DNA of 46,610 nt from a virus (taxonomy: Duplodnaviria; Caudoviricetes): the IMG/VR virus record IMGVR_UViG_3300049172_000060, positions 1 to 46,610 of that record; one strand, written 5' to 3'. A model generated the notes under the pieces. It had not been told where the DNA came from and did no database searches. It worked only from the letters and a program-made list of their open reading frames with translations. Shown piece by piece: positions 8,159-15,724 of the stretch; the stretch's first letter is position 1, and each line of letters opens with the position of its first letter. Made by a program: the position numbers and the translations under genes.

Positions 8159-8210
8159 TGGACGTGTGGGATTCGAACCCATTTAGCCAACCATCTAATT
8201 GGCCACGCCC
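8159..8210 (-). ncRNA. miniature D-armless tRNA-like RNA with alanine identity elements
   Basis: GGGCGTG / GCCAATTAGATGGTTGGC hairpin / TAAA / TGGG-TTCGAAT-CCCA / CACGTCC-A, giving G1:C72, G2:C71, G3:U70, A73. Confidence 0.6.
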
Positions 8211-8217
8211 TACCTAT

Positions 8218-8358
8218 TTACTTGTTCGGCATCAGAGCAATCGCCGCAGCAAAGAAGCCAGCGACAAACCAAACGCCACGAGTGACATTGACCTCAAGGC
8301 GAGACATGCTGACCACTCGGTCAGACTTCTTCATCCAAGCCGAAATCGCGTTAACCAC
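8218..8358 (-). CDS. small membrane protein (46 aa, not in track)
   Basis: GTG after GAAAGG; MVNAISAWMKK...GVWFVAGFFAAAIALMPNK with a hydrophobic C-terminus. Confidence 0.6.
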   Translation of the reverse strand: MVNAISAWMKKSDRVVSMSRLEVNVTRGVWFVAGFFAAAIALMPNK

Positions 8359-8394
8359 TTTTGAACCTTTCGTTCAGCTAGCTTTTGCTAGCAG

Positions 8395-8506
8395 TGGCCC
8401 CGTCGGGATTCGAACCCGATGAAATGACCTGGAACGACAAACAATTAGCGGAGACTGGAGCCTTAACGCTAACCATTTGGCTTTCATTTCAATTCCTAGC
8501 GGGGCC
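8395..8506 (-). ncRNA. tRNA-like RNA resembling a tmRNA tRNA-like domain
   Basis: acceptor GGCCCCG/CGGGGCC-A, T-arm TCGGG-TTCGAAT-CCCGA, stemless GG-containing D-loop, long irregular central arm. Confidence 0.65.
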
Positions 8507-8533
8507 TTGACCCCCATTGCTGGGGGCGTTTAG

Positions 8534-8866
8534 CTAGATAGCCGGAATCAAGTGCGGGTAACCCCACGGCTCTTGAGTCTCGACCAATACATGTCCGTCG
8601 CCACCGATTCGACGAAAGTCCTTACTGAACTTCATGCAGTAAGGACCGACCGAATCGCCGCCCATTCCTCCACGCTCTACAACCTCTTCGCGCGTGGGGA
8701 TTTCCCATTCCTCTTCGGTGTAATACTTCCCACCCTTCTTGAAGAGAATCACCTTTGCCTTAGGTCGTTCAACCTTTGGTGAAGTGAGCGAATCAATCGC
8801 CAACTTTTCACCGGGCGGGTATGGTGTACGTCCGTGCTCGCTGAATTCAGCGTCGTGGCTTTGCAT
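8534..8866 (-). CDS. hypothetical protein
   Basis: 110-aa ORF with LFKKGGKYY and PWGYPHL motifs typical of small actinophage proteins. Confidence 0.7.
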   Translation of the reverse strand: MQSHDAEFSEHGRTPYPPGEKLAIDSLTSPKVERPKAKVILFKKGGKYYTEEEWEIPTREEVVERGGMGGDSVGPYCMKFSKDFRRIGGDGHVLVETQEPWGYPHLIPAI

Positions 8867-9034
8867 TTACCTACTCTTCTTTCGCGGCTTGACCTGGGCT
8901 GAAATTGTAATACCTGGGCCTTCGGGGTAATTTGGTTCCTTCTTCGCTAGATCCATTGCCTCGTTTGCACTGTACGCTTTGATTTCCCAGCGGGTGAAAT
9001 TGTTTACCTTCACCAGGTAGGTTTTGCGATTCAA
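8867..9034 (-). CDS. hypothetical protein (55 aa, not in track)
   Basis: TTG start; MNRKTYLVKVNNFTRWEIKAYSANEAMDLAK...; abuts both neighbours. Confidence 0.6.
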   Translation of the reverse strand: MNRKTYLVKVNNFTRWEIKAYSANEAMDLAKKEPNYPEGPGITISAQVKPRKKSR

Positions 9035-9181
9035 TTACGCTCCAGGAATGCAGAAGATGCAAGTGCAGTCGACACAATGCGTTTCCGGGTCGTCAGGGTC
9101 GTAACCCAGAAACGGACATGGGTCGCATTCGCATTCGGGGTTTGGCTCTTCGGGTTGCTTTGTGATTTCGCCGCTGCTCAC
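9035..9181 (-). CDS. small Cys-rich protein
   Basis: GTG start overlapping the upstream stop; CECDPC...CVDCTCIFC. Confidence 0.5.
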   Translation of the reverse strand: MSSGEITKQPEEPNPECECDPCPFLGYDPDDPETHCVDCTCIFCIPGA

Positions 9182-9336
9182 TGCCACATCATTCCGCACG
9201 AATTGCAGGTCCAGGGGCCATTTCCACTTGCGGAGCCACCGCAAACGGGGCAATTGACCCTGCATTCCGAACCACTCGGAACACTGCGCAGCGCAATGAC
9301 AAAACGCTGCCAGATGGTATACTTCTTGCGCATCAT
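9178..9336 (-). CDS. small zinc-ribbon protein (52 aa, not in track)
   Basis: MMRKKYTIWQRF...CPVCGG...WTCNSCG. Confidence 0.6.
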   Translation of the reverse strand: MMRKKYTIWQRFVIALRSVPSGSECRVNCPVCGGSASGNGPWTCNSCGMMWQ

Positions 9337-9339
9337 GTT

Positions 9340-9567
9340 TCAGTCCTCGATTTCGAGATGAATTGTGCCGTGACCCTTGAAAGTAATTGCATCCCCACGG
9401 AGCAAGTTCTTCCATGTTTCTTCTGACAGGTTGTAATCTAGCCAGTAGGCCTCAATGAACTCGCGAAGCCTTTCATCAGTCGAAGCAATGAATTCTTTTA
9501 CTTCAACTTCGAGTTGGCAAGTTGTTAAGTTCTTGTAGGTGGCTTCTTTGAACGCATGATATTTCAA
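9340..9567 (-). CDS. hypothetical protein
   Basis: ORF coupled to neighbours. Confidence 0.65.
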   Translation of the reverse strand: MKYHAFKEATYKNLTTCQLEVEVKEFIASTDERLREFIEAYWLDYNLSEETWKNLLRGDAITFKGHGTIHLEIED

Positions 9568-10058
9568 TGGTTCCCCTCAATGTGCGGGAACATCTTACGC
9601 ATGAGTTCATGCTCGGTTTCGTGTGCGCCCATAAATCCAGCCACGGCGCTTTCCATGAACGGCCCCAATTCGGCACGGAACTTGAGGAACCGAATGTTGG
9701 GCAGGTCGACACTAGGTTGAGATGAATGCTTCACTCGCATTACAATGAAAGCCTGAGTGAATCGCAAATTGTTGCGCGACGCATCATCACGCGTTGAGTG
9801 ATGTTCCACCTCAACGTTACCGTTCGGCATAAAATACACCGTAGTGTAGGGCCAATTGGTTGGGTCGCTGTCGGTTGAAAGCTCTTCGCGAAGTTCGCTT
9901 TCGAGTTCGCGATTCAGCTTTGCCCTTTCGAGCAGGCCTTCAATTGGCGAGCCGCTAACCCTTTCGGTTCGCATCATCTCTGCGTACAGATGAATTTGCG
10001 AATCACTCGGGGCGTTGCCCTTGAGTTCATTTGCGTGGGGAAGTTCTTCATGCGTCAC
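9564..10058 (-). CDS. hypothetical protein
   Basis: 164-aa ORF in a tight operon. Confidence 0.7.
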   Translation of the reverse strand: MTHEELPHANELKGNAPSDSQIHLYAEMMRTERVSGSPIEGLLERAKLNRELESELREELSTDSDPTNWPYTTVYFMPNGNVEVEHHSTRDDASRNNLRFTQAFIVMRVKHSSQPSVDLPNIRFLKFRAELGPFMESAVAGFMGAHETEHELMRKMFPHIEGNH

Positions 10059-10060
10059 GT

Positions 10061-10333
10061 TTAGGCGACCTTTCTTTTATGGAGAACAATCTTGCGCTCT
10101 AGGCCAATATCGTCGTTCACGTCAACTGTGTAGTCAATTTTCCAGTCGACTACTCGCAAGAATGAAAGTTCCTTCGCGTGCTCGGTAAGCACACTACGAA
10201 CAAACTCTCCTGCAATTTTGAAGTCATAGCATTGTGCAATCTGGCAGCACACTTCCAAGAAGTCGTGTGTTGTGCCATGATGTATGAATGGCCCATCCCC
10301 ATCATCTAGGCCATGGAACCAAAACTCAAACAT
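10061..10333 (-). CDS. hypothetical protein
   Basis: MFEFWFHG start after AAGGAGG. Confidence 0.65.
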   Translation of the reverse strand: MFEFWFHGLDDGDGPFIHHGTTHDFLEVCCQIAQCYDFKIAGEFVRSVLTEHAKELSFLRVVDWKIDYTVDVNDDIGLERKIVLHKRKVA

Positions 10334-10730
10334 CGCTCTCAGGGTCCTCCTTTTCAAATGAACACTCGCCATGCTCATTGTGATGGCGTCGGTGAGTTGC
10401 TGACGCCTTCCAAATCTTTGGGTAGTTGCAATTGGCGGGGGTGCTTTCAATGTCACCCTTGAATTCAGCCCAGCGAATTGCACCAAGAATTGCACCAGCT
10501 GTGCGGCTAATTGAACCGTCCTTTCGATCTGCCCATGCTACAAGTGCGGCAGCAATTTCACGGGCAGTGCGGGGATTAACGGACGGCGCAACCAATTCAC
10601 CACCCTGTTCGTCAATGAAACTGAAATCAGTCTCCCGGAGCTTAAGGTAGGTTGCTGAGTCAATTTCCAATTCGTATGGCATGCCCTCGGTGATTGCGTC
10701 GATCATTTCGACCACTTTACGCGTTTCCAT
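10326..10730 (-). CDS. hypothetical protein, paralog of 11002-11505
   Basis: shares Y.(L/F).ID.AT...(I/V)DEQG..LV......T.R..A.A...W with 11002-11505. Confidence 0.75.
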   Translation of the reverse strand: METRKVVEMIDAITEGMPYELEIDSATYLKLRETDFSFIDEQGGELVAPSVNPRTAREIAAALVAWADRKDGSISRTAGAILGAIRWAEFKGDIESTPANCNYPKIWKASATHRRHHNEHGECSFEKEDPESDV

Positions 10731-10839
10731 TAATGCACTCCTCCTGGCATTCGTCAGAGCAAAAGATACCGTACTGGCGTGCGTTATTTTTACAATTCTC
10801 GTTAACGCACTTCATTTCGATGACTTCTTCAGTGGTCAC
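10717..10839 (-). CDS. small Cys-rich protein (40 aa, not in track)
   Basis: MTTEEVIEMKCVNENC...FCSDEC. Confidence 0.5.
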   Translation of the reverse strand: MTTEEVIEMKCVNENCKNNARQYGIFCSDECQEECINGNA

Positions 10840-10841
10840 GC

Positions 10842-11012
10842 CTATTCACCATTTCGTTCATCGCAAGAAACGCTGTGGCCCTGACGAGTTTGGCAACGTG
10901 CGCAGCAAAAGCCCACAAAGTTAAATTTTGCTCTTGCGTATTGCTTTCGGTTACAGATTTCGTCTTCGCACTTTTCTGACTTCAAGTCAGGGTGCCTATT
11001 TTCAGTGTTCAT
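10842..11012 (-). CDS. small Cys/His-rich protein
   Basis: MNTENRH...CEDEIC...FCCARC...HSVSC. Confidence 0.55.
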   Translation of the reverse strand: MNTENRHPDLKSEKCEDEICNRKQYARAKFNFVGFCCARCQTRQGHSVSCDERNGE

Positions 11013-11505
11013 GTCCGCATGCACCCTTCTTCTTGAGCTCGTAGTGAATGTAATCGAGAGCGCGATTGGCGTCCCGAAGGGTTGCGTGGTCGCGTTCCTT
11101 GTTGGCTTGAAGTGCAATCTTTCGCAGGTCGCTCTCATTGCGCTTCAAAGTTTCGACGCTCATAATGGGCGTCATTCGTGCGTACCAATCGGCACGCGAA
11201 CCATTGACCGGGTGACCCTTCTGGGGCAATTCGAATAGGGCGCAGAACTTAATCAGCGCGTTCATTTCGTCGCCGTTTTCGGGGCGCATGTCCTGCTTGA
11301 CGTTACACCAAAGAATGAACGCCCCGGCCAATTGGCGAATTGTGGTGACATCGTAAAAATTGTCAACAAGTCGATGCCCCTGTTCGTCGACCATGTCGAT
11401 TCCCTCGGGGCAAATGCGAACCCAAGTGGCTTCATCGATTTGGAAGTCGTATTGTTCCTCCTTCTGAATTGCACTGACCATTGCGCGCACGTCTTCAACG
11501 TTCAC
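11002..11505 (-). CDS. hypothetical protein, paralog of 10326-10730
   Basis: same shared N-terminal domain as 10326-10730. Confidence 0.75.
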   Translation of the reverse strand: MNVEDVRAMVSAIQKEEQYDFQIDEATWVRICPEGIDMVDEQGHRLVDNFYDVTTIRQLAGAFILWCNVKQDMRPENGDEMNALIKFCALFELPQKGHPVNGSRADWYARMTPIMSVETLKRNESDLRKIALQANKERDHATLRDANRALDYIHYELKKKGACGHEH

Positions 11506-11666
11506 TTGTCCAGCTTTCCATAGTAGAAGAACATTCCAACAACAGCAGCCAGAAAACCAATGGCCACAAGCGCCATTTCCATTCGAGTGTCGGAATAGAC
11601 TAGCGCGCCAATGAATGCGAAATAAATGGCGGCCAATCCGTAGCCGAACTTAATTGTTGCTTTCAC
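11502..11666 (-). CDS. small two-TM membrane protein (54 aa, not in track)
   Basis: MKATIKFGYGLAAIYFAFIGALVY...MALVAIGFLAAVVGMFFYY; GTGA overlap with the next gene. Confidence 0.65.
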   Translation of the reverse strand: MKATIKFGYGLAAIYFAFIGALVYSDTRMEMALVAIGFLAAVVGMFFYYGKLDK

Positions 11667-11688
11667 TTCTCACCTAACCTTTCAAGGC

Positions 11689-11718
11689 CCGGCTCAAAGC
11701 TGGGAGACTTTGAGCCGG
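11689..11718. other. perfect 11-bp intergenic hairpin
   Basis: CCGGCTCAAAG-CTGGGAGA-CTTTGAGCCGG. Confidence 0.5.
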
Positions 11719-11730
11719 ACGTTCAATGGA

Positions 11731-11916
11731 TCAGGGCTCCATTTCAATTCTGACTTGAATTCCCTTGAAGGCTGCGCCTACCATTGCTGCGCCGCACAGT
11801 ATTGCGACCAGTACGAGCACCTTTGAGAAAGTCCGCCGAGCGGAGCGCTCGTTTGAAATTGAATGGTGCGCTACTTGGTAGCTGTGCTTCGGTTTCCGGT
11901 GTTTCCCCCGTGCCAT
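11731..11916 (-). CDS. small membrane protein
   Basis: basic MARGKHRK N-terminus and one hydrophobic helix. Confidence 0.6.
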   Translation of the reverse strand: MARGKHRKPKHSYQVAHHSISNERSARRTFSKVLVLVAILCGAAMVGAAFKGIQVRIEMEP

Positions 11917-11921
11917 TTGTA

Positions 11922-12755
11922 CTAGCGCCTCTCATTCGGAGCCCCCAACATTTCCCGAGCATGCCGAATGCGCATAAGCTCATGGGTTTCACGGGCTGCG
12001 AAATGGTCGACGCAAAGGAAACCAATCTTACCGCCATCATTACGAATTGCGCGTTCACGTTCATCGTGAATTGCTACAAGCGTATTCATCGCACTACGGT
12101 ACGTGGTCAGAAATGATTCTACTTCAGGCTTGCCAAACTTGTTGGTGAGCGTCAAAAGCCAAAACTTACTGACATTGGCATTAGGGTAAACGTCGACCTC
12201 GTCGACAGGGTCATCCCTGCGAACAACAAAGTCATCGAGCCCGTAGAATTCGAGGAAGTCTTCACGACTTTCCTTTGAACAGAAAGCGAACCTTGTTTCA
12301 CCGTGCGTTTCGGCGTATTCGTCAACCGTGGAGACAGTCATGTCGCGCTTAAAGGGATTTAGATTCCACGCTTCAAGCAATTCGACGAAATGGAAGTGAA
12401 TGTGCTTCGTGTGCGTAGGCAGCTCATCAGGCCAATTGAGCGAAGTCTTGTAACCTGAAAGACGATCGTGGTCGGCAATGTCGGCAGCCATCTTCGGAAT
12501 GATTTCATCGAGTCGGTCTTCGATGAGCTTCATTGCCCCCGCGATTTCCACCCGATCCGATTCGGTGAGCATCATGACATTTTGGTCAGCCAGCTCAATC
12601 ATTCGCTCATACTCGACATAATGGCGGCGCAGAACCTGTGGGGTCATTTGGTGAACATGTTCGGTAATTCGCTCAACCAAACCAGGTTCGTACTTGTTGC
12701 CCGGGTAGTCAACTACAAAGTTTGCGATGTCTTTCGTTTCAGTCACTATACCCAC
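11922..12755 (-). CDS. hypothetical protein
   Basis: 277-aa ORF. Confidence 0.75.
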   Translation of the reverse strand: MGIVTETKDIANFVVDYPGNKYEPGLVERITEHVHQMTPQVLRRHYVEYERMIELADQNVMMLTESDRVEIAGAMKLIEDRLDEIIPKMAADIADHDRLSGYKTSLNWPDELPTHTKHIHFHFVELLEAWNLNPFKRDMTVSTVDEYAETHGETRFAFCSKESREDFLEFYGLDDFVVRRDDPVDEVDVYPNANVSKFWLLTLTNKFGKPEVESFLTTYRSAMNTLVAIHDERERAIRNDGGKIGFLCVDHFAARETHELMRIRHAREMLGAPNERR

Positions 12756-12838
12756 CTAACTGGTGCGAGACTTTGTTTGGTGACTGTGGGGGTAAATCAG
12801 CCTAGCGAAATGGCCACTAGATCACCAGGCTGAGAGGT

Positions 12839-13051
12839 TTAGTGATGGTGCGGAAAAGCGCAGCCCCACGATGTATTACATTCCGCCAAATGATGCTCTC
12901 GGCTCTTACTTTCGTCGCTTGCGACTACTTCACGACAACTAATGCACATGCGGTCTGTCAGTTCAGGGTTGGTGCTGCAAACGCCATTATCAACATGGAT
13001 TTTGCGCAGCTCTTCGGGGGTTGGCGTTTCGAAAGGGGGTTCATAGTCCAT
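12839..13051 (-). CDS. small Cys/His-rich protein
   Basis: CISC, C..WGC..PHHH. Confidence 0.6.
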   Translation of the reverse strand: MDYEPPFETPTPEELRKIHVDNGVCSTNPELTDRMCISCREVVASDESKSREHHLAECNTSWGCAFPHHH

Positions 13052-13053
13052 TA

Positions 13054-13710
13054 CTACTCCGACCTCATGTATTCGACTGCCAACTTGAAAAGCTCGGGGT
13101 CTTCCTTTGTGAGCTCACGAACTGCAAGCCCAATTTTGTCGCGGTAGTCTTCAAACCAAACAGCTGAATCAACAAAGCCCCTAAGTTGCGTCAAAGCGAA
13201 CTCAAGGTCTTGAATTGCCGTGTGCAATTGGGTGTTGACGTTCTTTAGGGCTTCTGAATTACCAGCCTCGCCAGCCGACAAAATGGCAAACAACATCATG
13301 CGTCGAATGCCATGCTGCGACTTTTCACTAAGCAGGTTGATGCTCTTTTTGAGAGGCCTCAAATCAGGGTCACTCATCAGCTTGACGAATTCGCCCACGC
13401 CGATCAAATTTCCACCGAATGGGACCAATTCATCCTTTGGGTTGCCTGCGAATGTAGCGCTCAACTTGCCATAAGTTTGAGCATTACCCCCAGACTTACC
13501 AAATTCTTTGAGCTGCCCAACCTTGCAAAGGCTGGTTACCGCGCGGCGAATAGTTTGTTCGCTCAATCGGTTCACGTGATCAAGCTTGTCATTTACTCGA
13601 TGCGTGATTTCGCGAATGGTCAGCTTGTCACCATCGCCGAAAACCTCATAAACCCTGCTTCGGTTTGTGAGCTTAACAACTTCCTTTGTGCTTACATTGT
13701 CTGTCATCAA
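13054..13710 (-). CDS. winged-HTH protein, candidate replication initiator or regulator
   Basis: LTIREITHRV...LSEQTIRRAVTSLCKVGQL; lies next to an iteron-like repeat array. Confidence 0.6.
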   Translation of the reverse strand: MMTDNVSTKEVVKLTNRSRVYEVFGDGDKLTIREITHRVNDKLDHVNRLSEQTIRRAVTSLCKVGQLKEFGKSGGNAQTYGKLSATFAGNPKDELVPFGGNLIGVGEFVKLMSDPDLRPLKKSINLLSEKSQHGIRRMMLFAILSAGEAGNSEALKNVNTQLHTAIQDLEFALTQLRGFVDSAVWFEDYRDKIGLAVRELTKEDPELFKLAVEYMRSE

Positions 13711-13772
13711 TTTGATGGTTCACCACCTTTCAATGTTCCAGAAGTTTCGAGGGGTGGTCGGTATGCCCGTTT

Positions 13773-13983
13773 TTACACGTGGAAGAGAACGTGTCACTCA
13801 CGTGTAAGGGAACGTGTAAGTCATTTTGGCAATGTGTAAAAGTCGCAGGTCAGAGGGGGTCTGATGTGTAAAAGTCATAGCCGGGCTGCGAGATCGACAC
13901 TCCTTTCAGTCGGTCTCTCAGCCCCGGCGTCCTGTCTTACAGATGATACAGGAAGTGTCATACACGTTGGGCGGAACGTGTAA
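13773..13983. repeat. iteron/operator-like array, candidate replication origin
   Basis: A(C/T)GTGT(A/C)A at 13789, 13800, 13812, 13832, 13864 and 13976, inverted at 13773 and 13961; ATGTGTAAAAGTC occurs twice. Confidence 0.6.
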
Positions 13984-14111
13984 ATGTCCGATTCGGGGTG
14001 TGTTGACCCTCTCTGCCCTGAGTTGGTCTGCTATGGCCCTAGTTAGCCTAGTTGGGGTAGTAATGCTACTAACAAGGCGTTTGGGCTAATTCAAATGTTG
14101 AGGGCAAATGT

Positions 14112-14255
14112 TTAGGGGTGACACTTACAAGTGAACATCCACGAAAACCAATCGCACACTTCATTGCCATCGTCGTCGACATGCTTGCCATCGAATTCGC
14201 TGTCATGCTTGATGCAAACATCGTGCTGGTTCTTTCGACAAGCGTTTTCGGGCAT
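14112..14255 (-). CDS. small Cys/His-rich protein (47 aa, not in track)
   Basis: MPENACRKNQHDVC...CKCHP after GGGAG. Confidence 0.5.
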   Translation of the reverse strand: MPENACRKNQHDVCIKHDSEFDGKHVDDDGNEVCDWFSWMFTCKCHP

Positions 14256-14371
14256 TGCTGCTCCCATGCGATTCGCTACGGAAATTCCACGCGGCGAGTG
14301 CCTTCACTTATAGGCGGCCGGCCAAGTGCTTTCAATTATAGGTGCGTGGTGGCAACATATATTTGGGCATG

Positions 14372-14402
14372 AAAAAACCCCCAACCATTTCGGTTGGGGG
14401 TT
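14372..14402 (-). terminator. intrinsic terminator
   Basis: AACCCCCAACC/GGTTGGGGGTT stem with a U-run on the minus strand. Confidence 0.75.
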
Positions 14403-14405
14403 AGA

Positions 14406-14528
14406 TCATTCGTCGCTAGCGGCTTGAATTGCCTCTGCCACCTCAATGTAATCGCGGGGGTCAAGGTCTTTGATTGCGTTGGCAGGCCAATGCGATTCGA
14501 CTAGTTCAATTGCTTCATCGGCTGTCAT
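14406..14528 (-). CDS. small acidic protein (40 aa, not in track)
   Basis: AGGAGG then MTADEAIELVESHWPANAIKD... Confidence 0.6.
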   Translation of the reverse strand: MTADEAIELVESHWPANAIKDLDPRDYIEVAEAIQAASDE

Positions 14529-14547
14529 TGCGTTGCCTCCTACCCAG

Positions 14548-14574
14548 AAAAGCCCCACCCATTTGGGTGAGGCT
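14548..14574 (-). terminator. intrinsic terminator
   Basis: AGCCTCACCCA/TGGGTGGGGCT followed by TTT. Confidence 0.7.
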
Positions 14575-14599
14575 CACTGGTTTTACTTGGTGGTGCTAT

Positions 14600-15679
14600 T
14601 TACTTGGTCGCAGGCTTTGCTTCCGGCTTTGCAGCAGGCTGCTTGTTGCTTTCGCTCGCCTTGCGCGTCTCCGACTTAGTGTCAATCTTCATCGGCTCCG
14701 GCGCAGCACCAACATTGGCAGCCTTGGGCTCATTGCCATTGGCGTCAACAGGCTTGGTGCTTTCGGCGTTGGTTCCTTCGTCCTTCGCCTTACCAAACTC
14801 GGTCGATCGAATGACAACCTTCACATTCTGCGGAACCTCAGTGAAGCTGTCGTCGTTCTTGTTCTGCACACGAATCGTCTTGCTGAAAGTGAACGTGTGC
14901 TCTTCGGGAATCTCAGTCGAACTCAGTCCACGGAATGCAACCGGGTTCCCATTGCTGTCCTTGAGGCTGGCAAAGTACGCCTCCTCAAGTTCTTCCTTGG
15001 TGACCTTATTCGTAGGCACGCTCTTGCCGTTGAACATTTCGGTGAGCTTATCGGCCGCGTAGGAGAATCGGCCCTTGCCATCGATGTTCGTGCTTTCGCC
15101 ATTGATGAAGGCTTCACCAATGCGAGTGACGTACTGCTTTCCTTCGCCCGAAGCAGTCGCAGCCTTTCGACCACGCGTCGACTTGAGCGAATCGGCCGTA
15201 GGCAGGAATTCCACCAGGCCACCCTCGGGAAGCTTTGCTCCCGTGAGCTTCAGAATGTTCTCGACCATTTCGAACTGCGCCTGAATTCCCTTTCGGGTTT
15301 CAGCAATTACCGGCGCAGCATCATTGACCTTCTTGCGGGTGTCGCGCGCCTCCTCCTCAGAAAGCGGAGGCTGCACCTTGGTCTTTGCGAATTCGCGAAG
15401 CTCCTTCAGCTTCTTTTCGCTCTCTGCAATGAGGGTCTGATACTCCTCCTCAATTGCAGCCATCTTTTCGTCGCTCGGAGCGTGCGTCGCCCAAAGCGAG
15501 TCGAGGTAATCAACATTGTTCGGGTCCTGCGCCCTAGCGGCACTCACCTGTGCAACCCAAATGTTCGACTGGGTCACAAGCGAATTGTACTTGTCGATCT
15601 TATCCGTCAGAGGCTTAAGACCAGCCTCCTGAATCCCCGTCGACTTGAGCAGATCAGACAGTTCCTGCATACCCGGCAT
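14600..15679 (-). CDS. hypothetical protein (coiled coil, central RGRK motif, K/A/P-rich tail)
   Basis: 359-aa ORF with RBS GGAGAG, upstream TGcTAGAAT and a downstream terminator. Confidence 0.8.
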   Translation of the reverse strand: MPGMQELSDLLKSTGIQEAGLKPLTDKIDKYNSLVTQSNIWVAQVSAARAQDPNNVDYLDSLWATHAPSDEKMAAIEEEYQTLIAESEKKLKELREFAKTKVQPPLSEEEARDTRKKVNDAAPVIAETRKGIQAQFEMVENILKLTGAKLPEGGLVEFLPTADSLKSTRGRKAATASGEGKQYVTRIGEAFINGESTNIDGKGRFSYAADKLTEMFNGKSVPTNKVTKEELEEAYFASLKDSNGNPVAFRGLSSTEIPEEHTFTFSKTIRVQNKNDDSFTEVPQNVKVVIRSTEFGKAKDEGTNAESTKPVDANGNEPKAANVGAAPEPMKIDTKSETRKASESNKQPAAKPEAKPATK

Positions 15680-15724
15680 GACACTCTCCCATGAGTTGGG
15701 TTTCGGTTGCTTCCCTGGGGCTCA

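Noticed and set aside
8159-8506. Canonical tRNA genes
   Set aside because: Neither element has a D-stem or a 5-bp/7-nt anticodon arm, so no anticodon can be assigned.
8871-9415. Track ORFs 8871-9077 and full-length 9035-9415
   Set aside because: The region is better tiled by three short coupled ORFs (8867-9034, 9035-9181, 9178-9336).
14474-15694. 406-aa plus-strand ORF (likewise 4785-5639, 29502-30413, 28315-29127, 27204-27986)
   Set aside because: These are antisense shadows of well-supported genes, with no RBS or recognisable motifs.
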